A DNA stretch of 57,049 nucleotides from assembly GCA_038213095.1 (NCBI GenBank), contig JBBQTR010000001.1:1-57049 (forward strand), in the 5' to 3' direction. How positions within the stretch are numbered: the first letter of the stretch is position 1; every line of letters starts with the position of its first letter. This document shows positions 20,528 through 29,352 of this stretch, piece after piece. Source of the DNA: Lysobacterales bacterium (GTDB lineage Bacteria; Pseudomonadota; Gammaproteobacteria; Xanthomonadales; Xanthomonadaceae). The position numbers were made by a program, and so were the translations under genes. Below the pieces are notes generated by a model. The model saw only the letters and a program-made list of their open reading frames with translations, had not been told where the DNA came from and did not search any database.

Positions 20528-21634
20528 TTACGTCGACGGTGCCGCCGCAGTCGCGCGCTCCGGCCAGACCGTTTTCGCCAACAAATCATCGCTCCAGTCG
20601 AGCGCCAGCTGGCCATCCTTAACCAGCAACTCGACGAAGTTCAACACATTGCGCGCGTACATTTCGCTGGCATGCAACGCGCCCTGGCTGGCAAGATCCA
20701 GAGGGCCTGCGATCGTGACCCCGGCGGTCGCGAAGGTTTCGCCGGCCCGCGTGAGCTCGCAATTGCCGCCGGTTTCGGCGGCAAGATCGACGATCACGCT
20801 TCCTAGCTTCATGCCGGCGACCATTGCCTCGGTGATGATTTTTGGCGCGGGGCGACCCGGAACGGCGGCGGTGCAGACAACGACATCGATTGTCTTGAGA
20901 TGCTCGCCTAGACGGCGCTGCTGCTCGGCGCGCTCGTCATCGGTCAGTGCGCGCGCATAACCGCCTTCACCAGCCGCGCTGACCCCAAGATCGAGGAATT
21001 TTGCGCCCAGCGACTGGATCTGTTCGCGGGTTTCCGGACGCACGTCGAAGCCTTCAACCTGCGCGCCCAGCCGCTTGGCGGTGGCGATCGCCTGCAGGCC
21101 CGCGACACCGGCGCCGACGATCAGCACCTTCGACGGCCGAATGGTGCCCGCCGCGGTGGTCAGCATCGGAAAGAATCGCGGCGCCAATTGCGCGGCGATC
21201 AACACCGCTTTGTAACCGGCCATGCTGGCCTGCGAACTGAGCACGTCCATCGCCTGGGCACGTGTGGTGCGTGGCAGGCGTTCGAGAGGGAACGCGACAA
21301 TGTCGCGCACCTGCAGGGCCTGTTGGCGCGACGCGTCGGCCTGCGGTTGCAGGATCCCGACCAGCACCGCGCCCGGTCGCATGCGCTCTATCGCACGCGA
21401 CGATGGCGATTGCACGCACACCACGAGGTCGGCATCGGCAATCGCGTCTTCGACCAGCTGTGCGCCCGCTTGGGCATAGGCATCGTCGGTGAACCCGGCG
21501 CCTTTGCCGATGCCTGGCTCAATCTGCACACGTGCACCAGACTTGATCAGCTTGCTGCAGGTTTCCGGCGTCAGCGCGACGCGTCGTTCACCCGACGCGG
21601 TTTCCCGCGCGACCCCAATGACCACACCTGCCAT
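20528..21634 (-). CDS. pntAA: NAD(P) transhydrogenase subunit alpha part 1
   Basis: GERRVALTP, PRTTRAQAMDVLSSQ, GAGVAGLQAIATAKRLGA and VDLAAETGGNC. Confidence 0.96.
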   Translation of the reverse strand: MAGVVIGVARETASGERRVALTPETCSKLIKSGARVQIEPGIGKGAGFTDDAYAQAGAQLVEDAIADADLVVCVQSPSSRAIERMRPGAVLVGILQPQADASRQQALQVRDIVAFPLERLPRTTRAQAMDVLSSQASMAGYKAVLIAAQLAPRFFPMLTTAAGTIRPSKVLIVGAGVAGLQAIATAKRLGAQVEGFDVRPETREQIQSLGAKFLDLGVSAAGEGGYARALTDDERAEQQRRLGEHLKTIDVVVCTAAVPGRPAPKIITEAMVAGMKLGSVIVDLAAETGGNCELTRAGETFATAGVTIAGPLDLASQGALHASEMYARNVLNFVELLVKDGQLALDWSDDLLAKTVWPERATAAAPST

Positions 21635-21722
21635 GCTGCACTCCGTGCCCTGCGTTGTCGCATCCTAGCGAATGCACAGCGGCCATGCATGCACGAAGCT
21701 TGCATGCTCAAAGCGCGCAGGC

Positions 21723-24224
21723 TCAAGCAGCTCTGGCGGTCTCATCCAATCGTTGCCGCACATGCCGCATGGCTTCGTCGAACGGCAGGTCAGAGGCGTT
21801 ATCCGCCAACTTCCCGGCCTTGACCAACGCGGCCAGTTGTTGCGGGGACGCCACCAGCTTGCGCAGGCCGCGACGGTTCACCAGCAACAGCCGCGACGTC
21901 AGCGGGCTGATCCAGGCGACCTTGACCGAACCCTCCTCGCCGGTTTCATCGGCCAGCCGCAGCCAGCAGCCGGGACGCAACGTGGCCAGGTGTTCCGCGA
22001 CGGCCGGATCGAAATCGTAGGCGGCGTGTCCGCCGACCACCTGCAGCAGCCGGGCGTCTTCGCCGTCGTCAGCTAATTGCGGCATCACCGGCAACGCCAT
22101 CACTTCGCGCGATGCGTCAGGGAACGCCATCGCACGCGCCAGCCCTGCCATCCATTCGCCTGCGACCTGATCGTCCAGCCCAGAGCTGGACAGACAATCG
22201 ACCAGTCCGGCGTGCAGCGCGAGCACTCGCTGGGCGACACGCCCCCCTTCGGCGCGCGCGGCGGCTTCGTCGACCGACACCAACGCATCGGCCAGCCCCA
22301 ATACCTGGGTGCAACGCTGTGATCCTTGGCCATCGCGCAGCAGCATCTGTACCAGGTGGTGTTGCCAATGTTGTTCGAGGAACTGCGCGGTGACCGGCGT
22401 GAGCAGCCGGGCCGACGTACGCTGCGCCAGCGCCGCGGCTGCCTGCAGTCGTGCCTGCAACAGGCGCTCGCGTCCATGCACGGTATCGGCCGATCGCCGC
22501 TCGACCACTTCGGCACGACGACGTTGTTGTTGCAGCAGATCCTGTAATTCATTTGCCGCAAGATCAAAGATCGTCAGGTCTTCATTGAACTCGGCCACTA
22601 CGTGCGCGACCGCGTGTCCGGCGCGTTGCAGCAATTCGCGCTCCTGCGGTGAGGCGCCATCGTTGCTTTCGCAGCTCAGCGTCAGTGCATCCAGCAACCG
22701 CCTCGCCGGGTGGTCCGGGCGCACGAAGAGATTTTCATCGGTGATCGCGATGCGCACATACGACATCACCAGTTGTGCATACAGCTTGCGCACCGGCGTG
22801 ACCAACGCGTGGGTATCGAGCAGGGCTTCGAACATCAGACCGACCATGTCGATCGCGTCTTCCTCATGTTCACCAAGCTTGATGGATTCCGGATCGATGC
22901 CCAGGCTGCGCGCACCATCCATGAGCTGTTGGCGGATTGCGGCATGCAGCGGGCCGTTGCCGCTCAAGGCCGCCTCGAACACCCAGGCGCTGTCGCGCTG
23001 CAGGAGCGCCGCGACGCTGGTCAGTTCCTGCGCGCGCAACTCACGCCTCGGTGTTGCAGGCAGCGCTTGCGAAACAGTGGGCGTGGCAGCGGCACGCCCA
23101 ATCGGATCTGGGTCTGCAGAAGACATCCGGTCATCCGTGCTGGCGGCGTTGAACGATTGCGATTCAACGCATGGCGACTGCGCGGAAGGCATGGCTGGCT
23201 GCGTAGGTCGCAGTAATGTTTTTTTCCACTTAGGCGCCTTGGTAGCGTCCACCTTGGGCATCCGCCCGCGCCATGCATGCAGCAGTTCGCGCAGACGCTG
23301 GTGTTGCACACGGGCTTCGGCCGATACCCGGAAGACGTCGATGCCGGCATCCGTGGCCGCTTGCTGCCGGGAGCGGCCTGGATTGACGTGGGCGTCTGAT
23401 GAGGTCGCATGCTGTGAGGCACGATGCAGTACGACATCATCCTGCGAGCGGCCATTGGACGGCGTCGACTCAGCGGCGACTGACCCTTGCATCAACGCGG
23501 CATGGGCCTGCGATTCATGTGGCCCCGTAACAGGTGCCGGGCGTTGCGCCGGTGTTGACGCGACCGCATCGGCGCGCACATTGGCATGGAATCCACCCGC
23601 GACCAGCTTCTGGTTGAGTCGGCTGTATAGGTCACCAAGAACCTTGGACAATTCCAGTTCGTATTGCCGGAACAACAAGGCCTGCAATGTTTCCGACACC
23701 TCGGTGTCATGGAACGTGCGCACGAAGGCTCCGGCCAGGCGCAATGCCCCGACCGGATTAGTCGTGGTCTGCGCGCCCAATGCCGTCGCCAGCGCCTCAA
23801 AGCGCATCCCGAGCAATTCAAGCGGCACCTGGTAGCGTGCATCGATCGATTCGGCCAGGCGCTGCCCGGCCAGATGGAAGCCGAGTTCGTCTTCGCCCAC
23901 CAGTCCCAGTGGCACTCCGGGTCGCGCCAGCATGGGACGGCCATGGAAGTCGTCGAAATTGTGCGCAATCAACTCGCGGTAACGCATCATTAGGCTGGCA
24001 CTGCGCTGGCGCAAAGCCAGCACGTTTGCAAGATCCACGCGTTGCGTTTCGGTGCTGGACAACTGCGCTTTAGCCAGCACAAGCTGATCATGCAACTGTT
24101 CGGCGATGGGTCGATACAAGTCGTTCGGGATCGCACCGAGTTGTTCGACCGCTATGCGTTTGAGCTCATCAAGCAGATGCACCGGGTCAGTACCGGCAAC
24201 ACCTGCCCTGCCAAGAGGGTGCAT
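21723..24224 (-). CDS. DUF1631-family protein
   Basis: IDMVGLMFEALL, F..PDHPARRLLD and KVAWISPLTSRLLLVNRRG. GAGGTG RBS upstream of ATG 24224. Confidence 0.8.
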   Translation of the reverse strand: MHPLGRAGVAGTDPVHLLDELKRIAVEQLGAIPNDLYRPIAEQLHDQLVLAKAQLSSTETQRVDLANVLALRQRSASLMMRYRELIAHNFDDFHGRPMLARPGVPLGLVGEDELGFHLAGQRLAESIDARYQVPLELLGMRFEALATALGAQTTTNPVGALRLAGAFVRTFHDTEVSETLQALLFRQYELELSKVLGDLYSRLNQKLVAGGFHANVRADAVASTPAQRPAPVTGPHESQAHAALMQGSVAAESTPSNGRSQDDVVLHRASQHATSSDAHVNPGRSRQQAATDAGIDVFRVSAEARVQHQRLRELLHAWRGRMPKVDATKAPKWKKTLLRPTQPAMPSAQSPCVESQSFNAASTDDRMSSADPDPIGRAAATPTVSQALPATPRRELRAQELTSVAALLQRDSAWVFEAALSGNGPLHAAIRQQLMDGARSLGIDPESIKLGEHEEDAIDMVGLMFEALLDTHALVTPVRKLYAQLVMSYVRIAITDENLFVRPDHPARRLLDALTLSCESNDGASPQERELLQRAGHAVAHVVAEFNEDLTIFDLAANELQDLLQQQRRRAEVVERRSADTVHGRERLLQARLQAAAALAQRTSARLLTPVTAQFLEQHWQHHLVQMLLRDGQGSQRCTQVLGLADALVSVDEAAARAEGGRVAQRVLALHAGLVDCLSSSGLDDQVAGEWMAGLARAMAFPDASREVMALPVMPQLADDGEDARLLQVVGGHAAYDFDPAVAEHLATLRPGCWLRLADETGEEGSVKVAWISPLTSRLLLVNRRGLRKLVASPQQLAALVKAGKLADNASDLPFDEAMRHVRQRLDETARAA

Positions 24225-24351
24225 GGACAAGGGACACCTCGCGACGGCACGGGGGTACCGGAGCGGCAAGCGTCAACGCGGGGGCGCCGATCACTATAGA
24301 TCCGCAGCATAGTGGCACCATGGGCGACGTCCACTACCTACTGCGGATTTT

Positions 24352-24975
24352 GTGATGCCACTCTCATTAGGGCCGAGAAGCCTCAACGACGCGCCTGCCA
24401 CCGAGGCTGGTATGTTCGCCTGTCTCGACATGCGCCGTTCGGTACCTTCCAGGCAACTGACCTCACCAGGTCCGGACGATGACACCTTGCTGGGCATGCT
24501 GCGCGCGGCCGTGCGCGTGCCCGATCACGGCAAGCGCGTGCCGTTTCGTTTCCTGCGGATCCGCGGGGACGATCGATGCAAACTCGGCGAAGCGCTGGTG
24601 ACACGTACCCTGCAGCGCGATCCGGATGCAGGTTTCGCAATGATCGACAAGGAGCGCCACCGCTTCGCCCACGCGCCTGTCATCGTCACGGTGATCGCGC
24701 AGGTCGGGCCGGAGGAGAAGATTCCGGCGTCGGAACGGTTTTCGTCGGCATCGTGCGTGTGCTTTGCACTGTTGCAGGCCGCGCAGGCTGCGGGTTTCGG
24801 CGCGCAATGGCTGACCGGGTGGGCCGCGTATGACGAGGTGATCCTGCGTTTGCTAGGCGTCTCTGCTGAAGAAAGCATCGTCGGTTTCATCCACATCGGC
24901 ACCCCGAAACTCGTCGCTCCCGAACGTGATCGACCTGACCCCAAGAACCTGCTCAGCGACTGGACAGATGCATGA
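24352..24975 (+). CDS. Nitroreductase (YdjA-like)
   Basis: RRSVPSRQL, AAVRVPDHGKRVPFRF, GFGAQWLTGW and GFIHIGT. True start may be 24412. Confidence 0.9.
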   Translation: MMPLSLGPRSLNDAPATEAGMFACLDMRRSVPSRQLTSPGPDDDTLLGMLRAAVRVPDHGKRVPFRFLRIRGDDRCKLGEALVTRTLQRDPDAGFAMIDKERHRFAHAPVIVTVIAQVGPEEKIPASERFSSASCVCFALLQAAQAAGFGAQWLTGWAAYDEVILRLLGVSAEESIVGFIHIGTPKLVAPERDRPDPKNLLSDWTDA

Positions 24976-25964
24976 CATTGGCCCAAGACAATCCCGGGTC
25001 ACGTCCGACCATGGATAGCGCTGCAACCCCGAGCTCGACACCCCTGTACCTGGTCGACGCCAGCCTTTACATATTCCGCGCCTGGCATTCGATGCCCGAT
25101 ACATTCCGCGACGCCGATGGCTGGCCGACGAATGCCGTGCACGGCTTCGCGCGTTTCCTGCTGGAGCTGCTGGAACGCGAGCGCCCACGACATATCGCGA
25201 TCGCCTTCGACGAAGCGCTCGACAGTTGTTTTCGCAATGCGATCTATCCAGCGTACAAGGCCAATCGCGATCCTGCCCCGGACGAACTTCGGCACCAGTT
25301 CGTGCAGTGCAAGGCGCTGTGCATGGCGCTCGGGCTGGTGGTGCTGGCGCATCGCGAATACGAAGCCGACGACCTGATCGGCAGTGCGTTGCATGCCGCG
25401 CGCGCGGCCGGCCATCGCGGCGTGATCGTGTCCGCCGACAAGGACCTGTCGCAACTGCTCATCGGCATCGATGAGCAATGGGATTTCGCACGAGGCCAAC
25501 GCTGGGGCGCGGATGGCGTCAAGGCGCGCCACGGCGTACATGCGCACCAGATCGCCGATTACCTTGCGCTTTGCGGGGATGCGGTGGACAACATTCCCGG
25601 CGTTCCAGGCATCGGCGCGAAAACGGCAGCCGTGTTGCTGTCGCATTTCGGAAGCCTGGATGAGCTGCTGACGCGCATCGACGAAGTCCCTTACTTGCGC
25701 TTTCGCGGCGCGGCACAGGCAGCGGCCAGGCTGCGGCTGAATCGCGAGCAGGCCTTGCTGTGCCGGCAACTCTCGACGATCGCGCTCGACGCGCCGCTGG
25801 ATGACGCCCGGGATTTCACCCGCATCGACGTGGAGCCTGCAACGCTCTTGTCGTTGTGCGAGGCGTTGGGATTCGGGCCACTGACCCGGCGTCGCCTGCA
25901 TGCCGTCGCAGGAATCGAATTTGCACCTGCAGCGACCATTGAAGTCTCGGAGGCGTATCAATGA
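24972..25964 (+). CDS. Stand-alone 5'-3' exonuclease / flap endonuclease (ExoIX-like)
   Basis: LVDASLYIFRA, YPAYKANR, EADDLIG, SADKDL and GDAVDNIPGVPGIGAKTA. Confidence 0.92.
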   Translation: MTLAQDNPGSRPTMDSAATPSSTPLYLVDASLYIFRAWHSMPDTFRDADGWPTNAVHGFARFLLELLERERPRHIAIAFDEALDSCFRNAIYPAYKANRDPAPDELRHQFVQCKALCMALGLVVLAHREYEADDLIGSALHAARAAGHRGVIVSADKDLSQLLIGIDEQWDFARGQRWGADGVKARHGVHAHQIADYLALCGDAVDNIPGVPGIGAKTAAVLLSHFGSLDELLTRIDEVPYLRFRGAAQAAARLRLNREQALLCRQLSTIALDAPLDDARDFTRIDVEPATLLSLCEALGFGPLTRRRLHAVAGIEFAPAATIEVSEAYQ

Positions 25965-26548
25965 GCAATCGTACTGATACCGATCACGCCACCGATGTGC
26001 CACGTATCGTTTACGAAGGCCGATACCTGCGCATGGTCGTGCAGGGTCAATGGGAATATGCGCAACGCACGCATGGCAACGGCATGGCCGTCATCATCAT
26101 TGCCGTCACGCCCGACAACGAGGTGTTGTTCGTCGAGCAGTACCGTGTGCCGCTGCACGCAAGGACCATCGAAATGCCGGCGGGGCTTGTTGGCGATGAC
26201 CATGCGCACGACACGCTGGCCGATGCCGCACGGCGTGAATTGATCGAGGAAACAGGCTGGCAGGCGAACAATGTCGACGTTCTATTGTCCGGCCCCACCT
26301 CGTCGGGCATGAGCAGCGAACGCATCGCCTTCGTTCGCGCCACAGGCCTCATTAAGGTTGGCCCGGGTGGTGGCGTCGCCGGTGAGGACATCATCGTGCA
26401 TGCCGTGCCGCGTGCCACGGCCCCGGCCTGGCTGATGCAGAAATCACGCGAGGGCTTCGAGTTGGATCTCAAGCTGTGGGCCGGGCTGTGGATGATCGAG
26501 CACAACCCGGATGGCTCGCTGGTCGCAGTCACGGACACCCGCGACTGA
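25961..26548 (+). CDS. NUDIX hydrolase (ADP-ribose pyrophosphatase-like)
   Basis: EQYRVP, EMPAGLVG and the Nudix box AARRELIEETGW. Confidence 0.9.
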   Translation: MSNRTDTDHATDVPRIVYEGRYLRMVVQGQWEYAQRTHGNGMAVIIIAVTPDNEVLFVEQYRVPLHARTIEMPAGLVGDDHAHDTLADAARRELIEETGWQANNVDVLLSGPTSSGMSSERIAFVRATGLIKVGPGGGVAGEDIIVHAVPRATAPAWLMQKSREGFELDLKLWAGLWMIEHNPDGSLVAVTDTRD

Positions 26549-27499
26549 TCAGGCGAATCGATCGGTCGCGCGCACCAATGCATCGATGTTCTCGGCCTCG
26601 AATGCAGAATGTCCTGACACCGGTGAAATCATGAGCTCCGCGTCAGGCCACGCCTTGTGCAGATCCCATGCGCTCTGCACGGGGCAGACTACGTCGTAAC
26701 GCCCATGGACGATGACGCCGGGAATCCCTGCGATGCGATGGGCATCGCGTAACAACTGATCGTCGACTTCGAAGAAGCCGGCATTGACGAAATAATGGTT
26801 CTCGATGCGGGCGAAGGCCAACGCAAAGGCCGGGTTCTCATGGCCGTCGACGAAATCCTCGTCTACCCGCAGATAGCTCGTGGCACCTTCCCACACGCTC
26901 CACGCACGAGCCGCAGCCAGGCGCGTCGCGGCATCGTCGGACGTCAGTCGGCGGTGAAATGCAGCAATCAGGTCGCCGCGTTCTGCAGTGGGAATCGCGC
27001 TGATGTATTTATCCCATGCCTCGGGAAACAATCGCGATGCACCCTGCTGGTAGAACCACTCCAGCTCCCAGCGGCGCAGCATGAAAATGCCGCGCAACAC
27101 CAGTTCGCTCACGCATTGCGGATGGGTCTGCGCATAGGCCAGGGCCAACGTGGAGCCCCAGCTGCCACCGAACACCTGCCAGCGGTCGATCTCCAAGGTG
27201 TCGCGCAGGCGCTCGATGTCCGCGACGAGGTCCCACGTGGTGTTGTCGGTCAGGTCTGCGTGTGGCGTGGAGCGGCCGCTGCCGCGCTGATCGAACAGGA
27301 CGATGCGATATCGCGCCGGGTCGTGGAAGCAGCGCATCTGCGCATTGCAGCCTCCGCCTGGGCCGCCATGCAGCAGGACCACGGGTTTCCCTTCGGGATT
27401 GCCACACTGTTCGTAGTACAGGGTGTGCCGATCGTCGACGGCCAGCATGCCCGTCATGTAGGGGGTGATCGCGGGATACAACGTGCGCATGTTCCGCAT
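26549..27499 (-). CDS. pip: Proline iminopeptidase
   Basis: HGGPGGG, FDQRGSGRS, GGSWGS nucleophile elbow, GRYDVVC and GHSAFE. Start is 27490 or 27499. Confidence 0.95.
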   Translation of the reverse strand: MRNMRTLYPAITPYMTGMLAVDDRHTLYYEQCGNPEGKPVVLLHGGPGGGCNAQMRCFHDPARYRIVLFDQRGSGRSTPHADLTDNTTWDLVADIERLRDTLEIDRWQVFGGSWGSTLALAYAQTHPQCVSELVLRGIFMLRRWELEWFYQQGASRLFPEAWDKYISAIPTAERGDLIAAFHRRLTSDDAATRLAAARAWSVWEGATSYLRVDEDFVDGHENPAFALAFARIENHYFVNAGFFEVDDQLLRDAHRIAGIPGVIVHGRYDVVCPVQSAWDLHKAWPDAELMISPVSGHSAFEAENIDALVRATDRFA

Positions 27500-27564
27500 C
27501 CTTCGGACTTTGGTGACAGTCTAGCGCCGTCCGGGAATCAGACACGGCCCAACCCCCAAAGCCA

Positions 27565-28404
27565 TTACAACGGAAGGCTCCCATACGTGACGCGCTCGCG
27601 ATGCTCCAGATCGCGTGCGCTGTCGATGTCGTCAAATCCTGCATGCGCCAGCAGGGCGCGCACCGCTTCGGCCTGAGTGGAGCCGTGTTCCAGTAACAGC
27701 CAACCACCACCCACCAGGTGCATTGGCGACTGCTCGATGATGCTGCGGATAGCATCGAGCCCATCGACACCGGAAGCAAGCGCCGCGCCCGGCTCGAAGC
27801 GCAGGTCACCTTCGCGAAGGTGCGGGTCATCGGCGGCGATATACGGCGGGTTGCTGACGATCAGGTCGAAACGCTCATTGCCTAATGCCTGGCACCAATC
27901 GCCCCTCGTGAACGAGATGCTGTCGATCCCAAGCGAGACGGCATTCGTGCGCGCAAGCATGAGCGTGGCCTCGCTGGTGTCGGTGGCGACCACGCGTGCT
28001 TTCGGACGTTCGCGTGCCAATGCAATCGCGATGGCGCCGCTGCCTGTGCCAAGGTCCGCGATGCTTGGATGACCCGTCGGCGGCAAATGTGCCAGTGCAA
28101 TTTCAACGAGCAGCTCGGTCTCCGCGCGGGGGATCAAGGTGTCTGGCGTGACGCGCAAATCGAAGTTCCAGAAGCCGCGCGTCCCGATCAGGTAGGCGAC
28201 CGGCTGACCAGCCGCGCGGCGTTCAACAAGATCCACGAAGCGGGCGTGCGTGGTTGCATCGACGACATCTTCGCCATGGGCGTAGAGCCAGCTGCGCGTG
28301 CAGGCGCAAGCATGCGCAAGCAGCCACTGCGCATCGACCTCATCAATTCGCAATCGTGCCGCGCATAAAAGCGCATCCAGACGGACCCCGACGCTCGTAT
28401 CCAT
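27565..28404 (-). CDS. prmC: Release-factor glutamine methyltransferase
   Basis: TLIPRAETE, DLGTGSGAIA, SNPPY and LLEHG. Confidence 0.95.
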   Translation of the reverse strand: MDTSVGVRLDALLCAARLRIDEVDAQWLLAHACACTRSWLYAHGEDVVDATTHARFVDLVERRAAGQPVAYLIGTRGFWNFDLRVTPDTLIPRAETELLVEIALAHLPPTGHPSIADLGTGSGAIAIALARERPKARVVATDTSEATLMLARTNAVSLGIDSISFTRGDWCQALGNERFDLIVSNPPYIAADDPHLREGDLRFEPGAALASGVDGLDAIRSIIEQSPMHLVGGGWLLLEHGSTQAEAVRALLAHAGFDDIDSARDLEHRERVTYGSLPL

Positions 28405-28481
28405 GCAGGCATCCTAACGGGGTGCAGGTCGGCCGCGCCACGCTGACGTTGTCCTCACCTTTCTTTCTGCATGGTCGCCAC

Positions 28482-29345
28482 ATGAATCCAAGACGTCTCC
28501 TATTCGCGCCGTTACTGGCCTTTGTCACGCTGCTTTCCAGTGGCTGCGAGCGGGGGTTCTTCGCCTATGTCAACCGAGGCGTGCCGCCACCGGACTCCAG
28601 CGTGGTGTATGCGCCTGATCGCGCGCTGTCGCTGGACATCTACCGGCCGCGCGGCGTCAACGCTTCGGCGTCGACAACGCCGGTTCCGGTTGTCGTGTTC
28701 TTCTATGGCGGCGCGTGGAAGATGGGCAACCGCCATCAATATCGTTTTGTTGGCGAGCGACTGGCGAACAACGGGATCCTGACGATCGTCGCCGACTACC
28801 GCACGTATCCAGTCGCGGGATTCCCGGCGTTCATGGACGACGCTGCAGATGCGGTGGCATGGGCGCATGCGCATGCCAGTGAATACGGCGGCGATCCGCA
28901 GCGCATGTTCATCGCGGGTCATTCGGCTGGTGCGCAGATTGCCGCGCTGCTGGCGACTGACGCCACCTACCTCGCCAAACGCGGCATGCAGCCCAAACAA
29001 CTTGCGGGTGTGATCGGGCTGTCAGGGCCTTACGATTTCAATGTCGGTAAAACCTATGCACCCATTTTCGGGCCACCTTCGCAATGGCCCAAGGCGCAGG
29101 CAGTGAACTATGTCAATGGCGATGAGCCACCATTTCTATTGATCCAGGGGAAGGATGATCACACGGTCGCGCCACGCAACGCCACCGAGCTGGCCACGCG
29201 CTTGCGCGCGGTGAACGTCCCGGTAACCGTGGCACTGATTCCCGGCGCAGGCCATACCACCACGCTGGCCGGACTATATGCGCCAGAGCGTGCACCCGAA
29301 GTGTTGCCGGCCATTCTCGCGTTCGTGCAAGGCCGGTCACGCTGA
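28482..29345 (+). CDS. Alpha/beta-hydrolase (carboxylesterase-like) lipoprotein
   Basis: Lipobox LLSSGC, VFFYGGAW, GHSAG and catalytic D/H region. Start trimmed to ATG 28482. Confidence 0.85.
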   Translation: MNPRRLLFAPLLAFVTLLSSGCERGFFAYVNRGVPPPDSSVVYAPDRALSLDIYRPRGVNASASTTPVPVVVFFYGGAWKMGNRHQYRFVGERLANNGILTIVADYRTYPVAGFPAFMDDAADAVAWAHAHASEYGGDPQRMFIAGHSAGAQIAALLATDATYLAKRGMQPKQLAGVIGLSGPYDFNVGKTYAPIFGPPSQWPKAQAVNYVNGDEPPFLLIQGKDDHTVAPRNATELATRLRAVNVPVTVALIPGAGHTTTLAGLYAPERAPEVLPAILAFVQGRSR

Positions 29346-29352
29346 GTTGCGG

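Noticed and set aside
16714-21634. Split pntA as a pseudogene
   Set aside because: Both alpha parts are intact; three-gene transhydrogenases are well known.
22309-23835. 508-aa plus-strand ORF
   Set aside because: Antisense shadow of the DUF1631 gene; Ser/Ala/Arg/Cys-rich with no motifs, typical of high-GC DNA.
27565-28404. prmC without adjacent prfA
   Set aside because: As far as I recall, this is the ordinary arrangement in Xanthomonadales.
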